Shown here in pieces: positions 26,535 through 39,843 of a DNA stretch of 64,000 nt (its first letter is position 1; every line of letters begins with the position of its first letter). Source of the DNA: Camelus dromedarius (lineage: Eukaryota). The position numbers were made by a program, and so were the translations under genes. The notes under the pieces are model-generated. The model was not told the origin of the DNA and did not search any database. It saw only the letters and a list, made by a program, of their open reading frames with translations. The stretch covers positions 49,850,001-49,914,000 of the forward strand of contig NC_087447.1 of NCBI RefSeq assembly GCF_036321535.1. The letters run 5' to 3'.

Positions 26535-26810
26535 TTAACTCAACAGATCTCAAAGAGGAGTTAATATTATCTTGTGTTGCATTAATTAAAACACAGTGCC
26601 CAGATCAAGGGAAGCAATAGTCTTCCTGGACGTTGTGTTCATTAGATCATATTTGGATATTCTGTCTAATTTGAGTCCCAGTTTACTTTGATGAGAAGGA
26701 GCTAAGGGAGACAGCCAGGATGATGAGAGTCATATGAAAACTAGTTAGGAATAGAGGAGATTTAGCTTGGAGAAGAGTGGACTTTGGGAATACAGTTGCT
26801 GTCTTTAAAC
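26535..26810 (+). mobile_element. CR1/L3 LINE relic
   Basis: gtgcccagatcaagggaagcaatagtc...atttggatattctgtctaatttgag...atttagcttggagaagag. Confidence 0.55.
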
Positions 26811-27149
26811 CAAGCAGTTATTCAGTTAATTTGGCAAATAGTTGTTAGGTAATAATAGTAAAATAGACACATCTATTGAATATGTATTACCTGTCAGGTG
26901 AACACTTCACATGCCTTATCTCACTTAATTCTTAGAGCACACCTATGAGGCAGATGCTATCCTTTGTTAGCCCTATTTTGCTAACGAGGACACACATACA
27001 GAAAGGGGAATTGACTTGCCTAAGGTTGCATTGTGACAGAGCCAGTCAGCCAGGGTTTTTACTCCATTTTCTTTCCTTTCTCCCATGCTGCCATCTACGT
27101 TCTAAAGAAGTTGGGCTCTTTCTGAAGGGATGTAATTTGGAAGAAAAAA

Positions 27150-28015
27150 AAAGTATGTAGGTAGAGTGTGCCTATGGATAGAATAATAATAGTGCTTTGG
27201 GGGACAGAGTGTGCTGCAGACGGTAGGCTGAGTTATTTTAGGTAGTGTGGTCAGAGGAGACCTCACTGAGAAAGAAGATATTTGAACAAAGACCTGAAGA
27301 AGATAAAGTAGCAAGTTGTATGGGTGTCTGTAGGAAGAACACCCTGGAGAGTAGAAATAGCTGGTTTAAAAGCCCTCAGGAGACAGTGAGCTTGGTTTGT
27401 TGAAAGAACAGCAGAGAGTCCAGTCTAGCTTGAGCTTAGTGAGCAAAGTTGATAGAGGCCAGGTTGTGTAGACTTCTAGATTTTTATCCACGTGCGGTGG
27501 AAGGATGTTGGGAGGTGGTTTGAGCCTAGGGAGGGAGTGATGTGATCTGATTTTTTAATTTAAATAAAGTGACTCTGGTGTGGAGAGTAGACGTGGGGTG
27601 AGAAGAGTAGCAAGAGACAGATTAGTTAGGAGACTATTGTAGCATCCAGGCAAGAGATGAGCGTGATGGGCTGGTCTGATAGCAGTTGAGGTAAATAAAG
27701 AGAGGTGGTCAGATTTCTGGCACAGTTTGAAGTTGGAACTAAACATACTTCGTGTTGGATTAGATGTAGGTATGCGAGAGAAACTGGACTTAAGGATAAC
27801 TTACAGGTACTTAATCTGTGTATAACTAGGTGAATTGGGGTAGCATTTATGAAAATAAGTGTTGTGAGATTTGTAGGGGGAAGGAGAATCAGATAATGGG
27901 GAATCAAGAATATATTTGGGCCATTAGGTTTGAGAAGGTGAAGGTACTGAGGAGGCAGTTGGAGACGTACTTCTGATCTCGGGGCTAATTGGTGCTGGAG
28001 ATGTGCATTTGGGAA
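27150..28015 (-). mobile_element. L2 LINE (antisense)
   Basis: ggtcagaggagacctcactgagaaag...ttaggagactattgtagcatccaggcaagagatga...gctggagatgtgcatttggga. Confidence 0.75.
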
Positions 28016-28639
28016 TTGTATCAGTCAAGGTTCCTTGAGTCAGGTGCTGAAATCTTCAATTACTAAGCTGTGGTGGGAGGACTATAGATTACAGTAGCAA
28101 GAAGGGAAAGTGGCATAATCAGTATGTACATTAAAAGGACTGAGGGTTTTTAGGGAATGGAGGAGAGCAGTGGTCTGGAAGGCAGCAGTGAGTCACAAGG
28201 GAGACATCTGCTACGTCTCCAAACTCACTGTCATGCAGGGTGTGGGAAAAACACTCGCGCCCCACTTGAGTCATGCATCGTCTTATTTAGTTCTTACAAC
28301 AGCCCCATCATCCCTACTTTTACAGGTGAGGAAACTGAGGCTTAAAATGACTGACCTTGACAGCTATAGCTTACAAATACTGGAGGTGGCATCATGTGAG
28401 TCCAGTGGAAACCCAAAGAAGGCAAATGTTGACTCAGTATAAGAAAGTGCTTTTCAGCAATTAGAGGTGTGTACCAGTGACAGTGTTCTTTTGGAGGAAG
28501 GAGCGAGCTCCGGATCACTGGAGTGGATGTCTACCTGCTGCCGTCACCACTGCAAACTAATTCAATCACAGAATGATATAAGAAGAAAACCAATGTATAG
28601 TAAAAGAGGAAGGGAATTGATATTTGTTACTGCTGGAGG

Positions 28640-28793
28640 AGAGGGCAGTGAGGGAGATAGTTGAATTCAGTTATCACTAAGAGTTGATGATTATGTGGTA
28701 AGTGTGCATCATTGTTCATACACTCAACACCACTGAATTGTGTACTTTAAATGGTTAATTGTATGTTACATGTATTTCACCTCAATTAAAAAA
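28640..28793 (+). mobile_element. L1MB-like 3' end fragment
   Basis: ccactgaattgtgtactttaaatggttaattgtatgttacatgtatttcacctcaattaaaaaa. Confidence 0.7.
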
Positions 28794-29519
28794 TGTCTAT
28801 GATTCAACTAGTTATTTCCATTTCATTCAGCTTGCAATTCATTGTTCTACAGAATTTTATGTGTAAGGCACTTTGGGTACAAAAAGTAGAAAAGTGGTTA
28901 TTGCTTTCATGGAATTTAGAGTTTGGGTAAGTGGGTATATATGTATGTGTATGAAGAGATAACTGATCACAAGTGGTGGTAAGTATTGTGCCCCCAAAAT
29001 GGTGTGAATAATTACTGTCAAACTTCTGAGGAGGAAGAGCTCACTTGGGTTCTGCTGCTTGTTGCTACCCCAGTGTACTTGGCACAAAACATCTTCCCAG
29101 ATGTCCTGCTTTTTCTCAGTGTTAGAATTTGGGAGCCCCCTTTGCAGTTTTCAAGATCTTTAAGCTTGAACTGTGACATCAGTTAAAAAATGTGTGGAAG
29201 AGGATTAAGTTGATGTTTTAAAAGAGCATTTTGTCAGCTAAATCCCTTGGGAAAGGACTCTGGCAAAAATACAGGATTGTTGCTCTCTTACGGGATGGTT
29301 ATATTTTTGTTAGGCTTGATTATGATCTGGCAGATTTTTTTTTTTGAAAATATTTCTTTGTTTAAGTAAAGAGGACTGTTTGTTCAGGTTGTGTTGGCTA
29401 ATTTCTGTTGGTATGTTAGATATTGATTTTTCACAATGGTGTTATAAACATCCTGACTCAGATGTGATGAAAAATCAGCTGTTCTTTATTTTAGTTTCAT
29501 TTTTGAACATGTCTGTTTT

Positions 29520-30812
29520 CATTTTGCAAAATGTTTTAGAGAAACATTGAAAGATAATACAGAGTTCCCTTATACCCCACACCTACTTTCCCCTAGTCTT
29601 AATATCTTTCATTAGTAAGGAAAACTCAGTCCTTCCGTTGTGTTTCTCGTTTACTCTCACACTACTGCTATACTCACAATATTTCTGATACCAGACGTGT
29701 GGGTTTTTTTCCTCACACCAAGCAATTCTGTAACACCAGCTGGATATCCTACAATTTAGCTCAATTCTAATACTGTCTACCTGGAGACAGTGTCACATCC
29801 CACAAGTTAAGTGCTCAGTTCCACAAGACTGCCTCCAGCTTCAGACACCAGTCTCAAGTCTAGATTGTCACTGTGCATCTGACCATCTGGCTATAAATCA
29901 GAGGAGGGGTTCTTACAACCTCTCCTTGAGTTTGATCAATTTGCTAGAAAGGCTCACTGGACTCAGAAAAACAGTTTACTTACTGTTTACTAGTTTACTG
30001 TAAAAAGGCTGTGATACAGGATACAGATGCACACCCAGATGGAAGGGATGTGTCGGGGAAGGTGTGTGTGTGGGAGGCAGCGCTTCTGCCTTCCTTGGTG
30101 CGCTGCTCTCCCAGCACCTCCATGTGTTCAGCAACCTGGAAGCTCTCTGAACCCTATATTATTGGGATTTTTTTGGAGGCTTCATCACATAGACATTATC
30201 CATTAATTCCATTTCCAGCTCCTCTTCCCTCTCTGGAGAATGGGCGATAGGGCTGAAAATTCCAAGCTTCTAATCATGACTGGGACATTTTGGTGACCAG
30301 CCGCCCATGCAGGAGCCCACCAAGAGTCACCACATTAGGACAAAAGACATTGCTCTCACCCACGAAATTCCAAGGGATTTAACAGCTCCGTGTTAGGAAC
30401 CAGGATCAAGGATGAAATAGAACAAAAGATGCTCCTTGTGCTTCTATCTTTCAGGAAATTACACGGGTTTTGGGAGCTCTGTGCTCAGAACCAGGGACAG
30501 GGACCAATATTCATATTTTCTTTTGTCTCACAGTGGTACATTTGTTATAATTAGTGAACCAATATTGAGATATTATTAGCTGAAGTCCATACATCATTTA
30601 GCTGTCCTCTTCTGGAATCCCATTCTGGATACCATATTACATTTAGTCATTATGTCTCTTGAGTTTCCTCTTGGCTGTGACAGTTTCTCAGACTTCCTTG
30701 TTGTTGATGACCTTGATAGTTTTGAGTGTGACTGGCCAGGTGTTTTGTAGAATATCCCTCAAGTGAGATGTCTAATATTTTTCTTGTTATTAGATTGGGT
30801 TTATGGGTTTTC
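29520..30812 (-). mobile_element. L1MC-type 3' UTR (antisense) split by an LTR
   Basis: gatagtacagagagttccc-like motif at 29553. The element resumes tggtacatttgttataattagtgaaccaatattga after 30533. Confidence 0.7.
29616..30532 (-). mobile_element. MER21-family LTR (about 900 bp)
   Basis: cacaccaagcaattct...caccagctggatatcctacaatttagctcaattct...cccacaagttaagtgctcagttccacaagactgcc, with internal ggaaattccaagggattt/ggaaccagg repeats. Ends ...tctcaca. Confidence 0.8.
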
Positions 30813-31834
30813 TAACATTTTTGATGATCAAGCAGTTATGATTATATGATTATGAGAATGTGTATAAAAATACTAACAACCAAGAATTCTACTATATATC
30901 ATCCATATGAATTATGGATAATGCTGTGTGATAAACTTTGCAGTTGAGAATTTTAGGATGAATTACAAGTTTTACTAATCCAGTAATCTAAAAAAGAATG
31001 CTGGTCATTTGAAATAAAATGTCACTAGCAGCAAATCTTAACTGAGAACCTGCTATTTGTAGGGCCTTGTGCTACTCTGTCAGTTACCCCTCCTCCCTGT
31101 CAGTTCTAGCGGGAGCTCTGCACAAAGGAAACAACAGCAGAATGAAAATCAGAGTGCTGCGTTATGAGTGATGCCCAAAGGAAGAGCACAGCCAGTGCCG
31201 CGCTCTGGAGAAAGGCTGGGTTAGACCAGATGGTGTAGGCCTGTGGGAGCCTCCTAGCTTACCCTCAGTCTAAATCTTATCCTTAATATCTTCAGTCTTA
31301 TCTTCATTTTGGGGTGTGTGTTGGTGGATGGGAGGAAGGAAGTACCTTGCTGTCTTCTATTATAAAATTTTACATGGTGATATGATTACCTGTTTAATTA
31401 CTCTGTTTTGACCACTAGACTGTAAACCTTTGTGGGGACAGGGAGTCTGGTTTATCTTGCTCAGTATTAAGCCTCTGGTGCTTAGCCTATTCCCTAGCAC
31501 GTGGTAGGTGTTAATTAATAAAGAATAAACAAACCAATCTAAAAATGGGCAGAAGACCTAAACAAGCAATTCTCCAGTGAAGACATACTATGTCAACCTC
31601 ATCATCCATGGCTGGCAAAAGGGGTGGTGGGGTAGGTGGGGAGTAAGTAAGGCCCTGGTGAATATGGGGTCTGAAAAGAGGTTCCAGGTAGGCCCAACTC
31701 TGGTCCTAGGAGGGCAAACATGGGAATATGTCCCAACTGGACTTACCCCTTCCTTTAAGTGCAGCAAGAACCAATAGGATCTTGTCATTGCATTCTGAAT
31801 AAAGCTCCATGAGCTGGTTTGGACAGGGGTGGGG

Positions 31835-32985
31835 AGAGATAAAAGCAAAAATAAACAAATGGGACCTAATTAAACTTATAAGCTTTTGCACAGCAAAACA
31901 AACCATAAGCAAAACAAAAAGACAACCTACAGAATGGGAAAAAATATTTGCAAAAGATGAGACTGACAAGGGCTTAATCTCCAAAATATTTAAATGGCTC
32001 ATATAACTTAATAATAAACAAGCAACCCAATCCAAAAATGGGCAGAAGACCTAAACAAGCAATTCTCCAATGAAGAAATATGAAAGGCCAATAGGCACAT
32101 GAAAAAATGCTCAATATTGCTAATTATCAGAGAGATGCAAATCAAAACTACAATGAGGTATCACCTCACACCAGTCAGAGTGGCCATCATTCAAAAGTCC
32201 ACAAACGATAAATGCTAGAGAGGCTGTTGGAGAAAAGAGAACCCTCCTACACTGTTGGTGGGAATGTTGTTTGGTGCAGCTATTATGGAAAACAGTATAG
32301 AGATTCCTCAAAAGATTGAAAATAGACATACCATATGATCCAGCAGTCCCACTCCTGGGCATATATCTGGAGGGAACTCTTAATGCGAAAGATTCATGTA
32401 CCCCAGTGTTCATAGCAGCACTATTTACAGTAGCCAAGACATGGAAACAACCTGAATGTCCATGGACAGATGACTGGTAAAGAAGCTATGCTGTATTTAT
32501 ACAATGGAATACTACTCAGCCATAAAAAGAATAAAATTTTGCCATTTACAGCAACATGGATTGACCTGGAGATCGTTATTCTAAGTGAAGTAAGCCAGAA
32601 AGAGGAAGAAAAATGCCATCACTCATATGTGGAATCTTTAAAAAAAAAAAAAAAGGATACAAATGAACTTATTTATAAAATAGAGGCATACTCACAGACA
32701 TAGTAAACAAACTTACAGACTTATGGTTACCAGGGGGGAAAAGGAGGTGGGATGGGATAAATTGGGAGTTGGAAATTTGTAGATACTAACTACAATATAT
32801 AAAATAGATAATACAACAAGTTTCTTCTGTATATCACAGGAAACTATATTCAGTATCTTGCAGTAACCTATCATGAAAAAGAATATGCAAATGAATATAT
32901 GTATATGTATGAATGAAACATTATGCTATACACCAGAAATTAATACAGCATTGTAAACTGACTATACTTCAATTAAAAAAAAAAG
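31835..32985 (+). mobile_element. Sense-oriented artiodactyl-type L1 (ORF2 3' part, 3' UTR and poly(A))
   Basis: ORF2 peptide [39 protein letters not shown] (ORF 31809..32006). The 3' UTR ends tgtaaactgactatacttcaattaaaaaaaaaa. Confidence 0.92.
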
Positions 32986-33569
32986 AAAAAATGAAGAGTT
33001 TGTCAGGTAGTACAAGGAACAGATGATTACACAAGGTAACACCGTGTAGAAAGTAGGGAATGCTTGCCTGACACGTTAAATAAATTCTTCCAGATGTAGA
33101 TCACATTCCTCTGCTCTAGAAAGCCTTCTTGGATCTCACTTCATTTCCTGTACCCTTATTGCACTTAACAAGCATTCTGTGCCCTGGTCACTTAGCTTTA
33201 TTAACCTTGCATTATTTTCCTTTTTAAAAGATGCCTTATCTCCTCAGTGCTAGCTCCCCCACCTTTTTTTGGAGTGCCTGCTATGTGCAAATATTGTGCT
33301 AGGTATTGCACATATTTTGTTATCCTATTTAATCCTTTCAACCACTCAGCACAATAGGCAAATGAGGAAATTTTAATAACTTAATATTATTTAATAATAT
33401 TAAGATTTAATAACTTAACCAAAGTTATACATTTCTTGTCGCCTTCAGAAGTTTGAGACCTCTTCTGCTGCTCTGTGCCGTTTTTAACAGGATATATTGC
33501 TTCAGTAGAATTTATATGTTTAATGAAGGTCTTCTATACTTTTTAGACCTTACCACAATTCCATTCTGG

Positions 33570-33604
<35 letters not shown>

Positions 33605-36600
33605 GATCAAAGGACTGTGTAAACCTAACACTTCTTCAAACTTTGGAGCTCAACAACAAAACTGGTGAAATAGCTAACTTTCAGATGTTACATTTTCAAG
33701 GCTTAGAATGAATGTCTAACATAGCAATTCCTTGTATGATAGACTATTATTATAGAACTTTTAATAGAGAGCAGACAGAAAAAGAAAGTTTTAAAATTGG
33801 TCAGAGAAAAAAATATACTTATTTGGAAGTGTGTTAGGCGTTCCAGTTTTGATGCTTCCACATAAAGCTGTCCCCTGTAGCCTTGGAAACCATAACTTCT
33901 CAGTGCTTGTTTTTAAACTATGGTTTTCTTTTTAGTATAAGTAGATTTTGATGGTAGAAGAAGTTGTCATGTGGAATTACTCTGTGGAGCCACTTGAACA
34001 GACTTGAAACATTGTTTATGCATAAATAAATTCACCACTCTGAAAAATATTCTGGCCAGGCACAGTATGTGCTGGCATCTGCAAATCAGCCCGTATTTGA
34101 TATGGAGTTTATACTACTCGTAAGATGTGGCGAAAAGGGCCTCTGATAGAAAGCAAATGGAAAAGGCAAGGTGTTGAGGTTGGTTTTTTCCCCCTTTCTT
34201 TGCCTTCTTAATTTCTTTTAACTTTTCCTGAAAATTCATCAAAAGTTTCAATGAATCTTTTTGTGAATTATAGCTAGCATGACACAACTATAAACGTTGA
34301 TGCCTTTTTATGAATTTTTTGCTTTGTTTTCCTTTTTTTTAAATGCTCATTTCCAAATGATGAATTGGTCTTATCAGTTTTATTCACTGTGACCATCGTT
34401 CATATGTTATTTATTCATTCAGCAGCTATTTATGGCTCTTCTAATAGATACTATGCTAGTGATATGCTGGAGATACAAATGTAAGTCAGATATGACCCCA
34501 GGCTTCAAGGAGATTTCAGTCTATGGGTTAGTCGGACAACAAAGCACAGAAACATGGTACTGTTATGAAGGCTCTGATAGTGTCCCTGTGCTTCCTTCTC
34601 TGGGAACACAGCCAACAGAGGTCCCAGGGTGGTCATGGGAAACTCCCTGGAGGAAATGATGCTTTCTTTCCTTTTCTTTTCTCCTCCACCCTTTTCTCCA
34701 CCCCTTAAAAAAAATTGGAGTGAAACCTACATACTATTCTTTTTTAAAAAAATCAAATGCTAAAGTGAAAAGTAAAAGTTCCTGTGCTACCCACCCCAAC
34801 CCTGCCCCAGTCTCACTCCTTAACAATAACTACCTGTAACACTCTTTGTTTTCCTTTATGATAGTTATTATAAAAACTTGAAATAATATACTTTGTTTCT
34901 GTTATTTGATAAATAAACTTTGGATTATGACTTTTGGCTTTGGACAATGAAAGAGGAATTTAGCATATTTATAGTACCTGCACCTTCTCTCTCTACCTCT
35001 ATGTTTTTATTAGTTATCTTATTCTGACTTTGTCACGTTTTTTTAAATTACAGTTTACTATCCTATTATAATTAATTCTTCTGTGCTTTATCTGTAGGAT
35101 AACTTAAAAAATTGAGCCACAAAGAAATAACATTACTATAGATCCAAGTATACATTAATACGTAGTAATATGTTACAATATATAGTAATGTACACACACA
35201 TACACAATATTACTGTAGATCCAAGTGTGATTGGTGCCACAGCAAAGGACTGTAATTTTATGTTGCTGACCTAACACTGGAGGAGTTTCCCAAGAGTCAG
35301 GGTCCAGTGGATAGACTTTTTGTAAATAGTGTCTCGTTTATTTGCCAGTATCCATTTATAACAGGCAAATAATCTAAAAGTTAATGAGAAGAATCTAAGG
35401 TGCAAAAATATCTCATACCCACCATGTCCTATCTACATTTTATACAAAAGAAGAATCCATAGACCTCATTCAGAAGCTGTTTTTTTTCCCCTTTCCTCCA
35501 TAATTTGTCCATTTATGTGAAATATCTTCTGAGCATCGTTTAAAGTGCCATGAATAACATAATCCAGAGGAAAAGTTTACTTTTGTTTCTGTGTTTTGAA
35601 GATATTTCGGGAAGAAAGTGAAGAGTTAAATTTTGAAGAAAAGTTAAATTTTATAAAAAGCAAGGAAAGTGGAGGAAAGGCAAATGAAACAATGGGAAAA
35701 AGTGGGACAAATGTCTGTCCTGTCCAGACCTAATCAAGACTATTTTCACGCAATAAGAAGTTTTCCTAGAAAATAAAAAATGAATTTTTGCAGTAACTCA
35801 AATTATAGATTACTGATTCTGATCAAGTAACTTTCTAGTACTATCCTGATGAATCTCCTTTAGGTCTGTTCAATTAGAGCACATCATTCACTTGGTGGTA
35901 ATTATCCTTTCTCACATGAGGATGTGGCCAAAATGGGCCAGTGAGAACCTTGTTTAGCATTTTGCAGGAACTGTAAGGAAAGAGACTCTAATTCTGAGAT
36001 TATAAACACTAAGGATAGTATCAGCCTGGAAATAGCAGGGCTACTGTGTGGAAAATAGTCAAGAATACTCTTCCCTTACAGTGATAAAGCTAACCACAAG
36101 GTAAACTGAAGAAAACTTCGTATTTTCTTTTTTTTTTTTTTTATAAAATAACTAAATGATTAATTTTTACTGATGTGCAAATTAATAAAGATGAGATGAA
36201 AATGTTTGTATATGACATATATGAAAAAGGTCTGTTTCAAAGAATCAATCTTTATTCATTTAAATTTGCATCTGTCTCTGTCTTCAAAGTACATTATGTT
36301 GAAATACAGCTTGATTTGATTTGTATTTGGACTCCTGCAAGTTTAATTAGATTTCTGAATCCAGAATGTAATTTGGTTTATCCATACACAGCTTTTAAAA
36401 GCAAAGTAATTTTAAGTATTTCTTTTGAATATTAAAATGAAAATGAAAATTAGTTTTAATTTTGCAAAATTTTTGGTAATAAAGTTTTAAAAGGGAATTT
36501 TCATGTGTGTGGCCTTTCATGTTACATCACCATACTGATGTCCAAACAAATATTTGTCCTTTGAAGTAAGAATTTCAACACAATATGCTATGCCACTCTC

Positions 36601-37749
36601 CTAAACTAGAAAAATAAACCAAATATCATCTGTCTCTAAACCCTATAAATATGTTTATGTATTTATGAATGTAAATAAGTAACAAAATTAATGTTCTTGT
36701 TTGTTTTGGAGCTTAAGGATGGGCAGTGGTGGTAATGGAAGGTAGTCTGACACCTTCCAGTTTCCATGAGTTTACAGTGTTCATGCTTCATTATTTTCTT
36801 TCCAGTGGAAAACTATTGATTCAAGAGTTAGGTGTGGATTCTGGCAAAAATGTTCCACATTCTAACAGTAATCACAACATAGGTGGCATCACTGTTAACT
36901 AACAGTATTTGGACATGTGCCACTAAATCCAGAGCCACAGTCTCAGAAACTGAGTAACTTTGCTTTTATTTTGTGTGCCATTCAATAAATCATGACGACC
37001 TAGTTTCCAAATCCACTGTAGATTAAATGTTACAATTTAGTGATGCTACTGGAAGGCACATTGAAAGCCTCAAGAAATGTTACATGAAGGCCTTATAGAG
37101 TGAGGAAAGGCAGAAAAAGAATTAAAAGCTGACATCATAATTTTAAAAGTATGATTTAGGATTGTATGTAATAGGACAGATGCTTCTTCAAACCTTAGCA
37201 TCTTGCTGATGTTCAAAATGATGCCCAGTCTTTAAGAAACAATATCACTGTTTTCATCATACACATTGTCAAGAACCAGGGACATGGGTAATACACTGAT
37301 GATATATGCCTACCCAAAATAGTTAAATTTAAAAATTGTTGTTCACAGTTAAAAGTGATAAGCACATGATAAAGTTATCTGGAAAGTTAACTTGCATGAG
37401 GTATCTTCTCTGATGTCAGTGGAATTATGTAGTTATTCTGTATAGTATATTTGTGATCTCAGTGGAAATGCTTTGTTAGGTATTGAAAACTCAGTCCCAA
37501 CAAATTAGCTTCAGTGTGGTTTTTACTATGAGGCAGTTGTTGACCTTGTGAAATAGGGCAGTTGGAGAAAAGGGCAGTTTTTTTCCCTTTTGTTTGTTTT
37601 TGCCATTAATACATGGTTTAAATGCCATGTTAGTGTCACTGGATTGACAGAATAAGGGATTGGCCAGGAAGAGTCTTGGTTTGGGATACTGCTACCTTTC
37701 CCCAATACTTCCTGCTTTTATTTCTTGAGCATTTCATATCTTTTTCCTC

Positions 37750-38124
37750 TGGTATTTTCAAGCTTACAGAAATATTGCAGAAGTAGTACAAGAGATTTCC
37801 CACTTCCTTTTACCATTTGAGAATAAATGAGAAAGAGGATCTCTTATTACTCCTGAATAAACTAGTGTGAATTTTCTACAAATAAGAGCATTCTCCTTTA
37901 TAACCATAGTACAACCATCAAATCAGGAAGTTAATATTGACACATTACTACCATCTAATTCACACACACCTTCAAGTTTCTCCAACTGTCTCAATGTCCT
38001 TTATAACAAAAAAAATTTCCTCCAGGATCACACATTGCATTTAGGGGGTCACAGCTTTATAGTCTGAAGCAGTTCTTCAGTCTTTCCTTGACTTTTGTGA
38101 CCTTAGCATTTTTGAAGATTTTAG

Positions 38125-38156
<32 letters not shown>

Positions 38157-38965
38157 GTGATCTTCGATTTTGGTCTGTCTGATTTTCCTAGTGAAGAGAT
38201 TCAGGTTATGTATTTTTAGAAGTATTATACAAGTGATGGCTGTGTTCTTGCATCCTATCAAGCAGTAGACAATTTTGATTTGCCCCATTACTTGCGATGT
38301 TAACTGTGAACACTGCATTGGATTGGTATCTGCCAAGTTTCTCCTGTCAAGTTACCCTTTTTGACTTTGCAGTCTATAAGTATTTTGTGCGAAGGTATTT
38401 TTAGATTATGTATATTTCATTTCTCATCAATTTTCCACTCATTAGTTTTAACATACAGTGATGTTTCTTGGCTGAACTAATTATAAAGTGATGGTTGCCA
38501 AATGGTTACTTTATATTCTATCGTCTCTTATATATTCATCAGTTGACATTCTACTGTAAGGAAAGGCAGCTTTCTTCTCTTCCTCATTTATTTATTTACA
38601 GCAGTATGGATTCATAGATTCCTGTTTCATCCAATGGGTAATAATCTTTTACTATAGTTACTTATTTTGGTACTCAAATTATTCCAGATTTGGCCATGGG
38701 AACCTTTTCAAGCTGGCTTCTGTTCTGATGACATATTTCCATCACTCTTTGAATACTTCCTTACTTTCTGGCACAGAATATTCCAGGGCTGTATTCCCTT
38801 TGCCCCTGCATTAAAATCAGTCATTTCTCCAAGGAGCTTTGATTTCTTTTACTGAAGAACAGTGTTTTAGAAACTGAGATCTGGGTCTGTCTGTGTTCTT
38901 TGCACCTGGATCATCACTGTCCCCAGGCCCTCAGTGGAGAGAGCTGGGAAATATATGCACATACA

Positions 38966-39012
<47 letters not shown>

Positions 39013-39380
39013 TATATTGTTTGTCTGTCTATCTATCTACCTACCTACCTACCTGCCTACCTACTTCTGTCAAAAACTGTGGGTTAACACTGATATCTTC
39101 AATTCCAGTCCAACACGACTGGTTCATTTTAAGTTCCTTTCTATATTTGTGACTCCCTTCTCCAAAGATGGAAACTCGGCTTCCTGTTACTGTCAGTATA
39201 TCTACTTATTAGATCAGTTCCCTCTAATATGTAGTCAATCTCCTGTTACTACTGCCATCCCGCCACCACCAGATGGACCCCATCCTTACCCCACTGAGGT
39301 TCTGTGTCCTGCAGAGTCATCATCCTCCTACCTCCATTTGGACTCCCCTGTGGCCTTGATCAGGCTCTTCCATTCTGGGT
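37750..39380 (-). mobile_element. L1MC/MD-type 3' UTR (antisense)
   Basis: cttacagaaatattgcagaagtagtacaa...ccatcaaatcaggaagttaatattgacac...caaattattccagatttggcca...catttctccaaggagc. Confidence 0.75.
38969..39064. repeat. Compound microsatellite: (AC)20 at 38969-39008 plus (TCTA/CCTA)n at about 39027-39064
   Basis: Direct reading. Confidence 0.95.
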
Positions 39381-39843
39381 TAGACTGAAGTAAGTAGTGC
39401 TGAAGTTTGCTACTAGCCTGGTGATCAAGTATATTTAAAATATAGAGCAGAATATTGCATCAGTTTTGTAGTGAGAGATGATTAGTCAACATGTATGTGC
39501 TTCTCTGTTTGCATGTCTATAAATGAGGGACCAGAAAATGAGAAAGCTCATTGTTTCTTACCAGTAAATTTTAATTAAATCTTTTAAAAGAGATTGTTGG
39601 AAAATATCAGATCTAATTCATCTTTGTACTCTTAGCAGCTAGTTCAGCACTGTTCTGCATTTTAGGTTTGAAAAAATATTGATTGAAGAAATGTGTGGAT
39701 GCTAGTGTTTGAATGTGTCTACTAAATACTTGGTGAATTTTCCACTGTAGTTTTTAAGGAAAGTACCATAATATCTCTATCCAAGGACTAGCTGTGTACC
39801 TGTGTAAGAATTAATGGAGATGAAAGTTCTTGCTAAGGATTTT

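Noticed and set aside
38900..39388. Longest ORF (162 aa)
   Set aside because: It is kept open by (AC)n and (CCTA)n repeats within an L1 3' UTR, with no protein-like signal.
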